Assembly: GCA_964645485.1 (NCBI GenBank)
Contig: CAZXZO010000021.1
Coordinates: 1 to 31,159 of the forward strand
DNA: 31,159 nt
DNA from: an uncultured Candidatus Poseidoniales archaeon
Lineage (GTDB): Archaea > Thermoplasmatota > Poseidoniia > Poseidoniales > Thalassarchaeaceae
Direction: 5' to 3'
The position numbers and the translations under genes were made by a program. The notes under the pieces were generated by a model. That model had not been told where the DNA came from and ran no database searches. It saw only the letters and a program-made list of their open reading frames with translations. Positions 1-10,500 of the stretch are shown in pieces (within the stretch, counting starts at the first letter, position 1; every line of letters starts with the position of its first letter).

Positions 1-90
1 GACCTTGTCCTTGACCTTGTCCTTGACCTTGTCCTTGACCTTGGCCTTGACCTTGTCCTTGACCTTGTCCTTGACCTTGGCCTTGACCTT
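1..90. repeat. 12-bp tandem repeat (GACCTTGTCCTT / GACCTTGGCCTT) x7.5 encoding (GQ)n on the minus strand
   Basis: Units start at 1, 13, 25, 37, 49, 61 and 73, with a half unit at 85-90. Units 37 and 73 carry the GGCC variant. The array is cut by the window start. Confidence 0.97.
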
Positions 91-604
91 CGCCTTCACC
101 ATCTTGGTCTGAGCCACCGCCGCCAGAGGTGCCACCGTTTCCGCTGCCATCTTCTGGTTGCTGGTAATCAGGATCGTAGGCGTCGGGTATACCGTCACCG
201 TCAGAATCCGAGTACTCGCCGTCATTAGGGTCGTTCGGGAACGGATCTGTGCTGTCAGGTCGTCCGTCGCCGTCAGTGTCAGCGCTGTTAGGGTTAGTAC
301 CCCGCGCGTATTCTTGGGCGTTCGTTAGACCGTCACCGTCGGGGTCTGCATTGGCATCGCCAGCAGAATTAGGGTTGAGGCCATTAGCCACTTCCCATCC
401 ATCTGGAAGACCGTCTCCGTCGGTGTCTGCATTCGTCATATCTGTTCCATGTGTCTGCTCTTCAGCGTTGGTCAATCCATCGCCGTCCCAATCAGCCCCT
501 CCGTCGGAGGGGTCAAGGGGGTCGGTTCCGTCACCTGATGCAGCAGATGCTGACATCAAGATCATCAATAGTGCGACCAACACACTCAGGTTTTTTCTAT
601 TCAT
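2..604 (-). CDS. Secreted Ca2+-binding protein with thrombospondin type 3-like (DxDGDG) repeats and a Gly/Gln linker; 3' end runs off the window
   Basis: Manual translation from ATG 604: MNRKNLSVLVALLMILMSASAASGDGTDPLDPSDGGADWDGDGLTNAEEQTHGTDMTNADTDGDGLPDGWEVANGLNP...DPDGDGLTNAQEYARGTNPNSADTDGDGRPD...DSDGDGIPDAYDPD...GEGEGQGQGQG. It has a signal peptide, five DxDGDG motifs, no stop codon to position 2, and a GGAG SD-like site 10 nt upstream. Absent from the ORF track. Confidence 0.88.
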   Translation of the reverse strand, partial: MNRKNLSVLVALLMILMSASAASGDGTDPLDPSDGGADWDGDGLTNAEEQTHGTDMTNADTDGDGLPDGWEVANGLNPNSAGDANADPDGDGLTNAQEYARGTNPNSADTDGDGRPDSTDPFPNDPNDGEYSDSDGDGIPDAYDPDYQQPEDGSGNGGTSGGGGSDQDGEGEGQGQGQGQGQGQGQGQGQGQGQGQGQGQG

Positions 605-633
605 ATTTTCATATCTCCTTTTTTTTAGTTTGC

Positions 634-961
634 AGAGAACCCGCTGTTCTCTCTTTCCAGGACAGTCCCAACGCGTTGGGATAACAATCTCTGGGATTGC
701 GGGGGTGCAAGACTACCAGTAAAGCATGCACTCAACTTAGTAATCTTAGGGGCGAAGAGAACTGAGGTGAAACCCATCAAATCGATGGACTGCGAGGCAT
801 CGCGCCCCGATTTCAACTCAGTATATTGACTATTATTGCCTTCTCCTATTTTCACGCCGTTTCACTTGTTTCATTCAGGGAACCCAGTGTTCCCTCTAAA
901 TCATCCGTGTTTGTGATACTATTTCAACGATTTGAAACCGGGCATCAGCCTAAAGCGGGTT
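634..961. ncRNA. Candidate structured non-coding RNA or long structured leader, family unknown
   Basis: Dense stems: 634-640/646-652; perfect 16-bp palindrome 666-681; 691-700/740-749 and 703-709/727-733 (with G-U pairs on +); 761-772/811-822 (11 of 12 pairs); 774-778/784-788; 792-795/800-803; 877-883/889-895; 922-927/932-937. No known family recognised. Confidence 0.35.
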
Positions 962-1327
962 TCATTTCGGTGTCAATCGGCGTAATTGAGCTTCAAATTT
1001 AGGCCCGCCGAGTAAGTGCATCACAGGAACTGCCAGTGTTGCAATTATCAAAATTACAAGAGATGCTTTACCCCAAAGTGGTAGAGAGGAGAAGAACATG
1101 GTCCAAAGAACCCACCCCATAATCAACCATAGAATAGGAGCGTATCGACCGCCAACTAGTGCAAGCCTTGCCCTTACAGTTGCGTCATCATACAGTTGAG
1201 GTGCTTCTTCTGCAGTGCAATATCCCTTCTCCACTCCACAACGGGCGCAGACAAGATAACGAGGCCCATTTCCAGAAATGAAGTGCTCTTGCGGGTAAAC
1301 GCTACGACACAGGCGGCAGGTTGGCAC
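962..1327 (-). CDS. Small membrane protein with N-terminal CxxC-x19-CxxC putative Zn finger and two TM helices
   Basis: GTG start 9 bp after the upstream stop, with GAGG upstream. C4/C7/C27/C30, followed by two hydrophobic helices (PILWLIMGWVLWTMFF; ASLVILIIATLAVPVMHLL). Confidence 0.75.
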   Translation of the reverse strand: MPTCRLCRSVYPQEHFISGNGPRYLVCARCGVEKGYCTAEEAPQLYDDATVRARLALVGGRYAPILWLIMGWVLWTMFFSSLPLWGKASLVILIIATLAVPVMHLLGGPKFEAQLRRLTPK

Positions 1328-1336
1328 ACTATTCCC

Positions 1337-3709
1337 TCAAACCCCTCGACCAAGGATAGGCACTTCAACGCTTTGACCAACAGTCCTGTTTGAACTAACT
1401 AAGAAATTATCTAATATCAACCAACCATCTGCACTTCCACACGATTCAGGGTGAAATTGAACACCCCATAAGGGTAAGTCATGATGAGCAATACCCATGA
1501 CTAGAGAGTTAGTTTCTGCATCCGTTGCTATCACTTTGAGTTGCTCGTTTTTGGGTTCAATAACTAGAGAATGATACCTCATCATACGTTGTTTTGGTGC
1601 CATTCTAGCAAATAATGAATCTTCATCAAAATCCATCTCTACAGCCACGCCATGAACTGCACCACCTGGTGAAGGATGTAATTTCCAACCTGCTGCTTCA
1701 CCTATTGCTTGATGTCCTAAACAAATTCCTAGAAGTGGAATTGGATTCTTCTCCGCATCTAAAATTGCACCCTTCAAAGCCATCTTGGCTAATTGCTGTG
1801 TTAATTGACAATTCGCTGGCCAGCCGGGACCTGGTCCCAAGATAATGTGAGTTGGCATGATTGCAGAGAGAAGGTTTTCAACTTCAACTGTTGATTTTTC
1901 TCCACGCCCCTCTACCACAATGACTTCAGCCCCAAGTTGACAACAAGCGTGGACAATATTCCATGAAAAAGAATCGAGGTTATCAATGAATAACAAACGT
2001 CGCTCACCTTCATTCACTGAAACAAATCCAGGATCACCTGCCTTCCATTCAATTGGTTCGGATGGAGCGATACAGACCTGCGGCTTAGAATTGAGCGATT
2101 TGTGTAACGCTTCGGTTTCTGCATTCAAGATTGGTACTGACTCAATTGACATTTCACCCTGGGGGATTTTAGTTGCTGAAGAACCCCAAGCAGCATCAAG
2201 AAGTGCCTGAGCTTTCCATTTTGCTTCCTCCACTTCTTGCAAGGAATTGGACTCAAAAACTAGCCCGCCACCAGCCTGTACTTTTCCTAACCAATTACCC
2301 GAAGGCCCACTTTCAGATTCTAAAGTGCGAATCAAGATATTCCAACACGCTAGACCAGAGCGCGGGTCATGAAACCCTAGAGAGCCAGTCCATGCACGTC
2401 GTGGTGTCGCTTCTAACTCATCTATTGCAGCAATAGTAGCCGTCTTAGGGCATCCCGTAATACTGCCACCGGGAAACAATGCTTGCAACGCATCCCAGCC
2501 ATCTAAATCGTCTCTAAGTCGGCCTCTAACATCACTCACTAAATGGTGCACAGTCGGATGTGACTCAATTCTCCAATCGTGCCAACGAACTGAACCAACA
2601 GCACACACCCTGCCAAGGTCGTTTCTTTCTAGGTCAACAAGCATCATGTGCTCACTTACCTCCTTACGACTTGCCGCCAATTCTCTCTTGAGAGCAAAGT
2701 CCCTATCACGCGAGCGGGCACGCGGGCGAGTTCCTTTGATTGGCCTAGTGGATAACTCATTTCCATTCATTTCTAAAAGAAGTTCAGGGCTAACACTAGC
2801 AAGTGAATAATCGAAATCAGGGATGTTCAACCATCCAGAATAAGGGGCTGGATTACTAGCAACTAATCGCTTGAAAACATCCCATGGGTCTTGCAACTTA
2901 CCTGACCAAATACGGCCATAATTCAACTGATAGAATTGGCCGTCACGGATTGCATCACGAACTGTATCTACTATTGCAGAATGCTCCTCATCAAATATGG
3001 TGGAATCTAGTGCAACCTTTTGGGCTAACGATTCCTGTTGAGTTGAGGTGGATTCCAACCAACTGTCAATGCCTTGACAACATTTCTCAAACCACTCATC
3101 ACGATGTGTTGTTATGACAGAAATTGTTCCTTCCGACCGGTCATGGATAATCCACCTATCAACCCTGAGAAGTGTTCCTAGAAGAGCACCCACAGGTGGA
3201 AGGTATTGAAGTTGCACAGGTTCAGTCCATTGCACTAAATCATAAGTTAGAAGTCCCGCAAAACAACCCGGTTGTAAGCCCTTTAATTTACAATCAAGAT
3301 TTGGTAAAAGATGGTTCATCTCTCTCAGTGTCGAGGATAAATCCTTACCTTCCACAGTCACTCTTTGATTCCATTTACAGCCTTCTTCCCATTGCTCAAT
3401 TCGCCAATCACAAGTTGATTTTGGCCCATCTAAATTGAGTTCGCCCTGTAAAGCAGAACCGTTTGAAATTGCTTCAGGTTGACGGATTCTAGATGGTTGT
3501 TGTGAGATAATCCTGATTATCGGTGGGCCTGCAATATATGTAAAGTTGGAATCAACAGAAATCGGGCCATTGGATTGAAGCAGGAGTTCATCAGGAGCAC
3601 CGTACTCACTTGCAGTTGGGCCAATTAGCCCAAATTCTCGTAGAAATTCGATGAGATCTGGTGCAAAACCATCTCTGTCATCAACAGGCCACTGTTTTTT
3701 TGCAGTCAC
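1337..3709 (-). CDS. pabB: Aminodeoxychorismate synthase, fused PabB (N-term) + PabA glutamine amidotransferase (C-term)
   Basis: MST-fold motifs GQFYQLNYGR, NPAPYS, SPELLL, RPIKGT, EHMMLVDLERNDLGRV, LFPGGSITGCPK. GATase motifs IDNLDSF, GPGPG, LGICLGHQ, RYHSL, QFHPES. Start moved from 3736 to GTG 3709 (GTGA overlap with upstream stop, GGAGG SD). Confidence 0.88.
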   Translation of the reverse strand: MTAKKQWPVDDRDGFAPDLIEFLREFGLIGPTASEYGAPDELLLQSNGPISVDSNFTYIAGPPIIRIISQQPSRIRQPEAISNGSALQGELNLDGPKSTCDWRIEQWEEGCKWNQRVTVEGKDLSSTLREMNHLLPNLDCKLKGLQPGCFAGLLTYDLVQWTEPVQLQYLPPVGALLGTLLRVDRWIIHDRSEGTISVITTHRDEWFEKCCQGIDSWLESTSTQQESLAQKVALDSTIFDEEHSAIVDTVRDAIRDGQFYQLNYGRIWSGKLQDPWDVFKRLVASNPAPYSGWLNIPDFDYSLASVSPELLLEMNGNELSTRPIKGTRPRARSRDRDFALKRELAASRKEVSEHMMLVDLERNDLGRVCAVGSVRWHDWRIESHPTVHHLVSDVRGRLRDDLDGWDALQALFPGGSITGCPKTATIAAIDELEATPRRAWTGSLGFHDPRSGLACWNILIRTLESESGPSGNWLGKVQAGGGLVFESNSLQEVEEAKWKAQALLDAAWGSSATKIPQGEMSIESVPILNAETEALHKSLNSKPQVCIAPSEPIEWKAGDPGFVSVNEGERRLLFIDNLDSFSWNIVHACCQLGAEVIVVEGRGEKSTVEVENLLSAIMPTHIILGPGPGWPANCQLTQQLAKMALKGAILDAEKNPIPLLGICLGHQAIGEAAGWKLHPSPGGAVHGVAVEMDFDEDSLFARMAPKQRMMRYHSLVIEPKNEQLKVIATDAETNSLVMGIAHHDLPLWGVQFHPESCGSADGWLILDNFLVSSNRTVGQSVEVPILGRGV

Positions 3710-4500
3710 GATGATTCCTCCTGTATGTCTGTCCAACCTGATTCTAAAGCTTGGTAAAATGATTCAAAACAAAGGTTGGCAAATTTATCTGAGTTTTTGC
3801 CCAGTGGTTGCCCATCTAATTCTGTGATTAATACTACACCGATTCCGGTACCAATAGCCACTAATGCTCTTGCTCTTGAAAGAAGATTTCTTGTTAGACG
3901 TCCAGGAATAAGAGGGATTCCTTCGTTCTCAAGTTGACTTTGAATTGAAGCAAGCGAAATTGAATCAAGCGCACCCTCTGAAGGTGCTGGATACCAAGCA
4001 GTACCATCATCATCTAAAAGAAGAGGAGTTGCCAAATGGCAGTCAACTACCGCATCATTATGGATTAAAAGCGCAATTTCACACCCTCTCTCTGCAGCAA
4101 GTACTCCTGCATCCTTGTAAGGCTGCCAATCTCCATGCTTACACCCTGTGATTTCACCCTCCCATCTTGGTGATGGAATTGCGGTGGCGCTTACGCGTGA
4201 AAGTTCATGATTAGAATTCGGTCTAATCAACTTCCATCGTGTTGATGCAGATATTTCACCATTCAAATTAAGATTCAATGTTGCTAAGCCAACACTATCA
4301 TCGTGCTTTGATTGTTCACTCATTGAAAATGCTGTAAGCATTGAACTCAATGCCTGTTTGCGGCCATCAATCGGCCATTCAATTGACAAGCGAGATGCAT
4401 GTTCTTTGAGGCGTTGAAGATGTGCCTCAAGATGTGCTACACTGGAGTCGCCGTCCCACCTTAGGGTGGTGAATGCTGAACTCCTTGCCGCTTCTGTCAC
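3706..4500 (-). CDS. Class IV PLP-dependent enzyme, 4-amino-4-deoxychorismate lyase (PabC)-like, divergent
   Basis: FTTLR...HLQRL N-terminal motif and candidate Schiff-base Lys121 (GCKHGD). Overlaps the pabB/A start by 4 bp. Function inferred from operon context. Confidence 0.65.
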   Translation of the reverse strand: MTEAARSSAFTTLRWDGDSSVAHLEAHLQRLKEHASRLSIEWPIDGRKQALSSMLTAFSMSEQSKHDDSVGLATLNLNLNGEISASTRWKLIRPNSNHELSRVSATAIPSPRWEGEITGCKHGDWQPYKDAGVLAAERGCEIALLIHNDAVVDCHLATPLLLDDDGTAWYPAPSEGALDSISLASIQSQLENEGIPLIPGRLTRNLLSRARALVAIGTGIGVVLITELDGQPLGKNSDKFANLCFESFYQALESGWTDIQEESS

Positions 4501-4560
4501 CCAACCACCACTCTCCTACGAGAGGTTGTTCCCCATCAATGCTCACCTTTGAGAAACGAA

Positions 4561-7500
4561 TCACAATAGGTCGTCAATCAATGAATCGAGTTCACTATCA
4601 CCGCTAGATGGGCTACTTGATGCAGTGTCACCAAACAAGTCCTCTGAAATTTCTGCAAGGCGTCTGCTAGCATCTGTTGGTGGTGTCTCTACTTGTTGTG
4701 CAAAGCCTGACTGAGCCTCCTGAGTTGTGCTGGTAACTTGAGATTCTCTTGATGCTTGAATCTGGGATGCTGCTGGCATTAAAGTTCCAGCCAAATCAAC
4801 ATCAGGCCCACGTGGGTCTAGACCATCTTCGTTGTCACTCCATCCTTCTTCTTGAGGTAAGCCCCAAGCCGCTTGGGCGAGTTCTAGTGCTTCGTTTCTT
4901 GAACGGTTACTGCGTCCACGGATAGCCAACAGTAGTACTGTTACGATAGCCAGCGAAAGAAGAATTGTGAGTAATGTGTTCATATCAATTAAGTCAAACA
5001 GACCAGAACTGGCTTCACCATCATCGTTACCATCACCGCCCCCATCAGTTGGTGCTTTGTACGGCTTCAATTCCTTTGCTTGCACCAAGTGTTTCCATGC
5101 ATTGCCATCATATGCTGATACTGCGATGAACCAATGTGTCGAATTATCGTATTGGGAAGTCTCATTGAATTCTTCTAATGACCAGAAAGTGCCAATGATT
5201 CCACCCTTAGCCAAATCCGCTTCATCGGTATTTTCGAAGCGTGAATCGCTAACAAAGATTCGATAACTGCGAATATCTGTTCTGACTAGTTCTTGCCACT
5301 CTACTTCAATTGCTCCGCCATCTTCACTCCATTGGATAGTGAAATCAACATCTGGAAGATGACCACCGGGGTCATCGCCTGAATTATCAATTGCTTTTCC
5401 AGAGCCTACGTTCAACAAGTCGCGGTGAGCATTGCCTGATGAATCAACAGGAACAATGGCAATATGAACAGGGATTCCTGACATAATGGCTGCACCACCA
5501 TCAATCATGTCAACAAGAATTGGTTGCTCAACATTTCTATCGAGAATCATAATTGGCTGACGGTGTCCACTACTTGTGTAGGCAATGATATCAGAATATA
5601 CCTCATAGTGGTCTATATCACTGGCATCACTCAATTCAAATTCAACATAAACTGCTGTCCCATTATCATTAGGAACATCTGTCACAACTGGAGCCTGTAA
5701 TCGGTCAGGAGCAATGATATCATCGCGATTATCTATCGGTGTTACCACTACTGAAGGTAAACCAGTCAAGAATGCTGAGCCATACAAATCATGAATTGTC
5801 ACAGTCACTGAAAGAGGAACATTGGGACGAATAGTATCTGGATTTGAATTCTCTACACTATCGCCATCATAGAGGGCTTTTGTCATAGTTAATCCAATCA
5901 ATCCGTCTTGTGAATTTATTGGGTATTGAATGTCCATTTTTATTGCTCCACAAGCACTCACATCATCTTTGCATCTTGCCCAAGTAGCGGCTAAATTATC
6001 CACCGGTTGACTGCTAGCCCAAATGACGTAGAAACCAAAGTCATCAACATCTGTTGCAGCCCAGCTGACATCAATCGCCTCGCCCTTATCTTGAGGGTGG
6101 TCCCATGCTGACAAGTTGTTCACCCTTGCTGGTGGGTCGGTTCCACGGAGGTTCTTCTCAGGTGCTACTTGAACAACTGTGACATTTCCATAATCACCAT
6201 TACCCCATGCATCAAAGGCAACGACAGTTACCCAATACAGGGTGTTATCCTCTAGAGGTGTTGCACCCCAGTGAGAAATGATGGTTGAGTTTGTTGAGCA
6301 ATCAGCAACAATCGTTGCATTAGCAAAGTCTGCTGCACTGGTTGGTGTCATCTCATCGGCGATGGAGGGACGCACAAGAACGGTATGCCACGCACAATCG
6401 TCTTCATTATTTGGCGTCCATTCAACAGTAATTCTACCTCCTTCATCTTCTGGAGTGTCGTATGCTGTAATGTTTTCAACAGGACTTGGTGGAATGCCAT
6501 CATTGATTCCACCTGTCGGCACTACTGGGCCGACAATTGTTGCATTTGCTGGGTCGTGAAGTCCTCCTTCATCAACACAAGTTAATGCAATCCAATACGG
6601 TTGGCCTTTTTCAAGTTGTAAAACCGTACTGTTAGCCTGACCTGTCAAATCGTTGCCTTGGGTTGGCAACCCGATTGCATCCGTAATTTCTTGGGTTACT
6701 GCCCAAATCCTAGTTCCTGCATGGTCGATAGCAGTACACTTACTCCACTCAACATACAGATCACCATCTGCTCCACCATCAGCAGGACCTGCGTTAGCCC
6801 AAGCAGGAGGATTTGGTACCTCGTCGCTGGCTGCTGCTGGACCCATAATCGACGAGGGTTCGCCAAGAGTTCCGTCATCATATTCAATCAGAGCAACTCC
6901 ATAAATATCGACTCCATCAACAATTCGTACACCATCAACAGTAGCAATTTCTGCTAGAGTTGTGGACCACATTGGGACTCGTGCATCAGGTGCTCTCATT
7001 GCAAGGTCGGCTGATGTTGGCATTGAACTCCAGTTACCTTCTTGCAGGTAAATTCGGTAGGCCGCCCAACCACTATCCTGGCTTGGCGTCCACTCAGCAA
7101 CTAATACGCCGCCACCATCATCAGGGCGGTCGAATAAATCTAACAATTCAATTGGTGATTCTGAGCGAGTCCAATCGTACTTGATGCGTACTTCTAAAGT
7201 GCCATTTAGTGGACTCTGTAAACGAATGTGTAAGTCACGGCCTTCTTGTGTTAAGGTGCCACGACGTGCTGCCAATGAGAATTCATTTTCCAAATTGCTA
7301 TTCAATTCCGTAAGATTCCACGTACCTGAATAATTCACACTATGAGACGCCACCCAAATTGCCGCACCTTCTACCGGGCTTGAGAGGGTTAGAGGCATCT
7401 GATGAATTGGGATACCATTCGGTGAGGCACTATTTGCTTGGCTAGGCAGAATTGCTGAATTGGAAGGACCAATCAGAGCAATTCTTTGCCCTGGAGTTGT

Positions 7501-10500
7501 GGAATTAGTAATGTCCCATGAGTTTCCTGAAAAAGTCGCTGACAACGGCTCTGCGCGCCGCATTGATTCTCTTTCAATATCCAAATGATTTGGTGCTGGA
7601 CCAAATCCAAACAACCCATTATCTGCAGTTGTCAACCAAATGCCATTGGCTCCAACGTAGCCACCAGTTAGCGAGAACATGTATTCTTGACGAATTACAT
7701 TATGCTGGCTTGAAGTAATATCAACCCAATCAACACCACCATTACTGAGAACGAGTAAAGTAGTTCCATCACTAATAATATCATTAATTGGCCATGCTGA
7801 AAATGACCATGATGGGTGTCCTGTTTCCATCTGATTAGCACCTGCATTCCAATGCATTAGCGGCTCCTCAAAGGTAGCAACGTGCACTCCCCACCAATCT
7901 GCTGCAATCGCCTTGACGTCATTTGATGGCAACATATCTACACGATACTGTTGCCCTGGCTGCATCGTTGTCAAATCGAATGATGTTGCCCCAGGTCTTG
8001 AAGCACCTTCACCATTATGTGATAAGAATAAAGTGGGACCAATTGATATTGTTGAATTACCACTTGAAATCGTTGTACTTGGCGCGTATGCTATACCGTT
8101 TACACGATTCCCAATCAGTCCAGATTGTGCATTGTATGTTGCAACAACTGAATGGCTTGGAACATCCCAGCGAACCATCCCTGCAGGTGTAGCGAGCATC
8201 AGCTCAGTCCCTTCAACCCAAATCTTGTCAATTATTGGCCCGGGAAGTCCATCTTGAGTCGTGATAGAGTCATCCCATGCTTGGGTAGTAGTATTCCATA
8301 CACCAATGCCACCATAAGTTGCAACCCAAATACGATTGTCATACTCAACAAAGTCACGAACGATGTTTGAAGGTAGACCTGCAAGCAGTGAGCCATCTGT
8401 CCAACTTTGAGTGGTTAAATTGTAAACTTGGAATCCAGCAGATGTTGTTGTTGTGCCCATCAGTCCAATTACTAAATCACTACCAGAACGATAGAGTCCA
8501 TCCATCTGATAATGTAGTGGAACCGGGGTTGCTGAAATTTGACCTGTTGTGATATCAACATGGTAAAGTCCAGCACTAGTTGTAACCCACAAATCGTTGT
8601 TAATTGGCAGAATTTCATTGACGATATCCCAAACGAATGGATACGCTTCAATCCACTCGATTGAGCCGTTTGGAAGTAGTTGGCCATGCAGAATCGAGGA
8701 ACCTGAATACTGTTGAGAGTCATCTGCAGATGTCAACCAAACATTTGTCCCACTGAAAGTGACTTCAAGCATTCTGCCGCTTGATAATCCTGCTAGAATA
8801 TCTACTGCACCTTTGTGCAATCCTGTTGAATTAATGATGTCAACTCTGTTGTATCCAGAATCGCCACCAGGTCTGCCAATAATCCAATCAACTTGGCTGG
8901 TGTTAGAAGGTCTAACCTCCATACTTGATCCCTGAGTACCTACATCAATTTTCATCCCCGAACCAAGTTGTCCACCACTTGCAGCGATTCTAGAAATTCC
9001 TCCAGAGCCCCCATCTTCATCGGTGTGTGAAACCATCAAAACACCGTCATGCCAACGCATTCCATCAGGGAATACTTGGTCTGGCATGATACCGTTTGTT
9101 GTCTCTGTAATAGTTCCTAGCCAGTGACCTGTAGTGTAACTAAATCTTGAAATTCCGACATCGTTGCGTTCAAATCCAACGTAAATTACATCGCCAATTT
9201 CATCACAAGCCAAAGCAACTGCATCATCATCGTCTAATCCTCGATTTTGGGTACTACCCTGTGTCCAACCTGATAACCATGAGTTGGTTTGCAAGTCATA
9301 TCTTGCAACACCACCCTGAGTACCGAAGCCTTGGTATCTAGACATTGCAATATGCATTATATCATTACAAACTTCCATTGAGAAGCCAAATCCAGCAGGG
9401 ATATTTGTGCTTCCTGCTGCCCAACTGCTCCAAGTTTGAGTAGTCCCGTTATACTGGAAAATACGACTATTACGATTCCAACCACTGTTTGCCATAGTAG
9501 TATACCACAGATCATCTCCAACGATTTCAATGTCGAAAATTGTATCCTCTGAATTTGAAGGCAGGCCACCATTGTCTGCTGTAAGAGTAGTTGCCCAAGT
9601 GTCATTATACATATCATATCTAGCAATACCTTCGTATGTTGCGAAGTGAATTAGCCCTTGATACAAATCAATGGAACGAATAGGTCCCACTAATACTGTG
9701 TCATCCCATTCATTGAGAAGATTTCCATTGTAGTCAAAGTGCCGATGAACCTTTTCCCCATAGGATGCAAAGATGTGACAAGCGGAGACATTGAGTGGTT
9801 CACATTCACCAGCGTAAACAGAATTGACCCGTAGAATTGAACCGGTTGCATCTAGAGCGTTACCCCAAGTGTCGTTTGCATGGTCCCAGCGAACAACACT
9901 ACCTGCGTCCAAGCCCCACCAACCTGATGGAGTTACACCAATCCACAACATCCCATCAGGGCCTTCTCCAATTCCGTAAACCAGGCCATTTTGATTTATC
10001 TGTTGGCCAGCATCCAAAGATGAGAGTGTTGTCATATTATCAAGGTCATAGCGATAGATATTATCGTTTGACTGGGTCCCTGCCCGTGCTTCTGAGTAGT
10101 ACAGAACATTACCAATAATTACCAGTTCCCCTGGCTCATTCTGACCGTTTGCTCTGCTGAATGTTTCTTCTACAGTCTCATTCACTAAGTCAATCAAACG
10201 GAGCCCAAAATCACCACCAATCCACACACGATGAGTTAGGCGGTCGGGGATTAGGGTCGTTACATCATTGTCAGTCACTAAATTATTTGAATTCGAAGAA
10301 TCCCACTCTTGAAGCCAGACATCGTTAATCCTGTCATACCGAGCAACACCCATTCCGTTCAAACCGATGTATGCAACATCATTGTATTCGTATGTAGGAG
10401 CGTTCCAAGTAGCCTCACCTGCTACCCACACATCAACAACTGTGTCGTTGACAACATCAATTATTCCAGCACCATAATTGGTTCCAGCATAGAGATTGCC

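Noticed and set aside
249-855. ORFs 249..722 (+), 451..684 (+) and 625..855 (-)
   Set aside because: The PSPS-rich text is the antisense readout of the DGDG repeats. The 76-aa ORF crosses the hairpin region and has no protein-like features.
634-961. RNase P RNA, SRP RNA, TPP/cobalamin/c-di-GMP riboswitch or hammerhead
   Set aside because: Only fragments match (GGGGTGCAAG on +, GTGAAACGGC and CCCCCGCAA on -, CTGAGG). They are on opposite strands or lack the other required conserved elements.
638-961. MITE bounded by the 8-bp inverted repeat AACCCGCT/AGCGGGTT
   Set aside because: An 8-bp match is near chance level for this span, there is no target-site duplication, and no transposase is present.
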